This document shows, one piece after another, positions 61,736 to 64,000 of a stretch of DNA of 64,000 nucleotides. Position 1 is the stretch's first letter, and every line of letters begins with the position of its first letter. Origin of the DNA: Lama guanicoe (lineage: Eukaryota); NCBI GenBank assembly GCA_013239625.1, contig MU054117.1:4454677-4518676 (forward strand). Reading direction: 5' to 3'. A program made the translations under genes and the position numbers. Below the pieces are notes generated by a model. That model saw nothing but the letters and a program-made list of their open reading frames with translations. It made no database searches and had not been told where the DNA came from.

Positions 61736-63060
61736 GTAGGTTTTTCCGCTCAGGCCCCTTGGGAGCTGGGGGTGCGGGGTGATCGTGGCAGAAGGGTGTC
61801 CTGGCTGGTCACTTGGGTCGACCTTCAACCATCAGGCGTGCTTCATGTCACCGTGCTTCCCACGTGCACGTCAGAACAGGAGCTCCCTCAGGCGGGGGTG
61901 TGAGCATGTCCACCACCCTGTGCGGGTGCAGTGCCAGCCCCCGCGTACTGAGCCCTGGACAGAGTAGGTGTCCAGGCAGCATCGTTGGGTCTCTGCGTCT
62001 GTATCCCTCACCCAACTTCCCTGGTACATGACTGAGGAAAACATGGCTTTGTGTGGGCAGGACCCCCCTGCTCCATCACCTGATCTGTAAACATGTGCCA
62101 CCCGGAGCCAGGAGCTGGGCCACACTCCCTGCAGGTCCAGAGATGCATGTGTTCCCTGCTCCAAGGAGCTTTGCCACCAAGTGCGGGAGAAAGATCTGAT
62201 AAGTGTCACATGGGTCATTTATATCCAAAAGCCCTGTGGGATCTGAAAGGCTGGGGTGGGGCTTCATGGAGACGGGGGTGTTGACCTAAACCTTGAAAGA
62301 AAGAGAGGATTTCCGGAGGAAAGTTGATGGAGGCAGGGGCTTCCCAGCAAGGAAGGGCTTAGCAGGAGGAACAAAAGAAGAGAGATGCTGGATGCAGGGC
62401 GGGGTGGGCGATTTCATTATCCAGATGATAAAACCTGCAGCCCTGGAACTAAGAAGGGCTAATTACGAAAGATGCTAAAGAAGAAATGCTGGGTCAGTTC
62501 ACTGATGTTGCCAGGCGTTCGTTAAACTGGGCTGCACCAGGTCCAGGAGGATAAGAATATTTGCTTTATGTTACAATATAACAGCTGGCACTTACATTTG
62601 CTGTGTTCCCAGACACTAACAGCTTCACGTGCAGTATCTCCTTTAAATCCTCACCGTGACCTCTGAGGTAGGGACTGCTATAACCTCCACCGTCCCTGTG
62701 CAGACACTCATGTAGAGAGGCTTGGTGATTTGCCCAAAAACACAGTCTGTAAGTGAAGACAGAAAGAACTAGCCAGGTCAGGAGTAAGATTTTTTTTCCT
62801 TAGATTCAGGAGATTCGACTTTGTTTCTAGATAGAACGAAAAGAGCCGAGCTGGGCTGAAGGGACCAATGAGAGGCGCAAGAGAAGAAGGGAAAATGGCT
62901 GGAGCGGTCCCTGGAGGACGTGGGAGGAGACAGGAGGGACCCTGGAGGCCAAGAGGGGCGGGCCTGCTGCAGCGGCCGGTCTGCCCTGTCACATCCCCGA
63001 GCGTGGGAGTTTGCGGCTGAGCGGGAACAACATGGAACCTCTCTCGTCTGTGCATCACAG

Positions 63061-63159
63061 GTGATTAAGGAACTCCAGGAGTTTTACAAGGACACCTACA
63101 ACAAGCTCAAAAACAAGGACGAGCCCCAGCGGGAGACGCTGAAAGCCATCCACTACGCG
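63061..63159 (+). CDS. CD9: CD9 exon 5 (large extracellular loop, helices A and B)
   Basis: 99 nt, atcacag|..|gtacgc. [33 protein letters not shown]. Confidence 0.98.
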
Positions 63160-63280
63160 GTACGCCGTCTCCGCAGAGACACCGGCCCTTCCTCTCGCCC
63201 TCAGAACGCCTGTCCGTCTCTCTTTCAGTCCTCTTTCATACCGGCCTCGCTCACCCCCATCCCTGCTCCTCTCTCTGCAG

Positions 63281-63370
63281 TTGAACTGCTGCGGTGTGCT
63301 TGGGGGAGTGGAACAGTTTATCTCGGACATCTGCCCCGAAAAGAACAACATCGCCAGCATCACAATTAAG
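63281..63370 (+). CDS. CD9: CD9 exon 6 (CCG motif, variable region of large extracellular loop)
   Basis: 90 nt, ctctgcag|..|gtaact. [30 protein letters not shown]. Confidence 0.98.
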
Positions 63371-63968
63371 GTAACTTCCACGCCGGACTGTGCCCCTGTC
63401 CGGCTGCTCTGGGCAAACCCCGCAAGAGCAGACGTATGCTCGGCCCTCTTGTTCCGGCAGGACAGCAGCCCCGGGCGGCATCTCCTTTCTCCCCAGCCCT
63501 GGGCCTCTGTTTCCCCAGGGGCAGCAAAACAAAGTCCAGACCAGGGAAATAACGAGGCGTTCTAGCTGCCTGCAGCAAATGGGCACCTGGAACTGCCCGC
63601 CGCCGCCCCAGCCCTCCAGCCATTGCGGGCTGAGGTGCTCTCGCGCTTGGACTCCTGCTTTTTAGACTTGTAAACGGCTCGTGATTGTAAGCTCACAGTA
63701 ATGTCCAGGCTTCAGGGGTCAGGAAGTAACCCGGTGGCCAGATAATAGATAGACCCACATTACCCCCTCTTCCTTCCCTGAATTCTTGCCCAAATTCAGG
63801 GGCCCCACCTCCCAGATCTCTCTCTTGGCTTCTTGCTGTCCACCAGCCAGTCCCCAGCCCTTTCTCTAGGAACACCAGCACTCTGAGTGTGAAATGGGTA
63901 CTGTGGGAAGGAGGATGGGCTTGGAGCAGAGTCTGTGTGTGACCTAGATCTTGGTTTGTCCCCCTAAG

Positions 63969-64000
63969 CCCTGCCCTCAAGCCATCGAAGAGGTCTTCCA
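63969..64000 (+). CDS. CD9: CD9 exon 7, first 32 nt (truncated by window end)
   Basis: After ccccctaag| reads PCPQAIEEVF in phase 0, matching CD9 SCPDAIKEVF and supplying the fourth loop cysteine. Not in the ORF track. Confidence 0.9.

Noticed and set aside
1..64000. CRISPR arrays, operons or other prokaryote-type systems; rRNA, snRNA or snoRNA genes
   Set aside because: No regularly spaced repeat-spacer array or recognisable structural RNA was seen. The window is intron-exon mammalian DNA, though small RNAs could be missed without a covariance-model search.

Overview
Mammalian genomic DNA, most likely from a camelid (alpaca, llama or camel). This is inferred from nine copies of a tRNA-Ala(AGC)-derived, vic-1-like SINE plus cetartiodactyl-type L1 3' ends. 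The window holds two divergent genes. On the minus strand is the 5' end of VWF: promoter, non-coding exon 1 (about 4185-4410), exon 2 (2958-3012) and exon 3 (1176-1340). On the plus strand is most of the tetraspanin gene CD9: a CpG-island promoter, coding exons 1-6 and the first 32 nt of exon 7, cut by the window end. All called internal exon boundaries have GT/AG sites and consistent reading phases. The ~31 kb between the genes and the introns contain L1, L2, MIR, MaLR/ERV LTRs, hAT MER elements, SINEs and microsatellites. I see no evidence of a wholly new biological system, and almost all ORFs in the supplied track are chance GC-rich frames. The best leads are lineage-specific: a VWF core promoter that seems to lack the human CCAAT and +220 GATA elements, a 109-codon upstream ORF overlapping the VWF start, Ile in place of the fusion-critical CD9 Phe174, two SINEs inserted at one target site, and a local cluster of AT-to-GC substitutions. 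Repeat subfamily names and human/mouse comparisons come from memory, not from a database search. Repeat boundaries are approximate.
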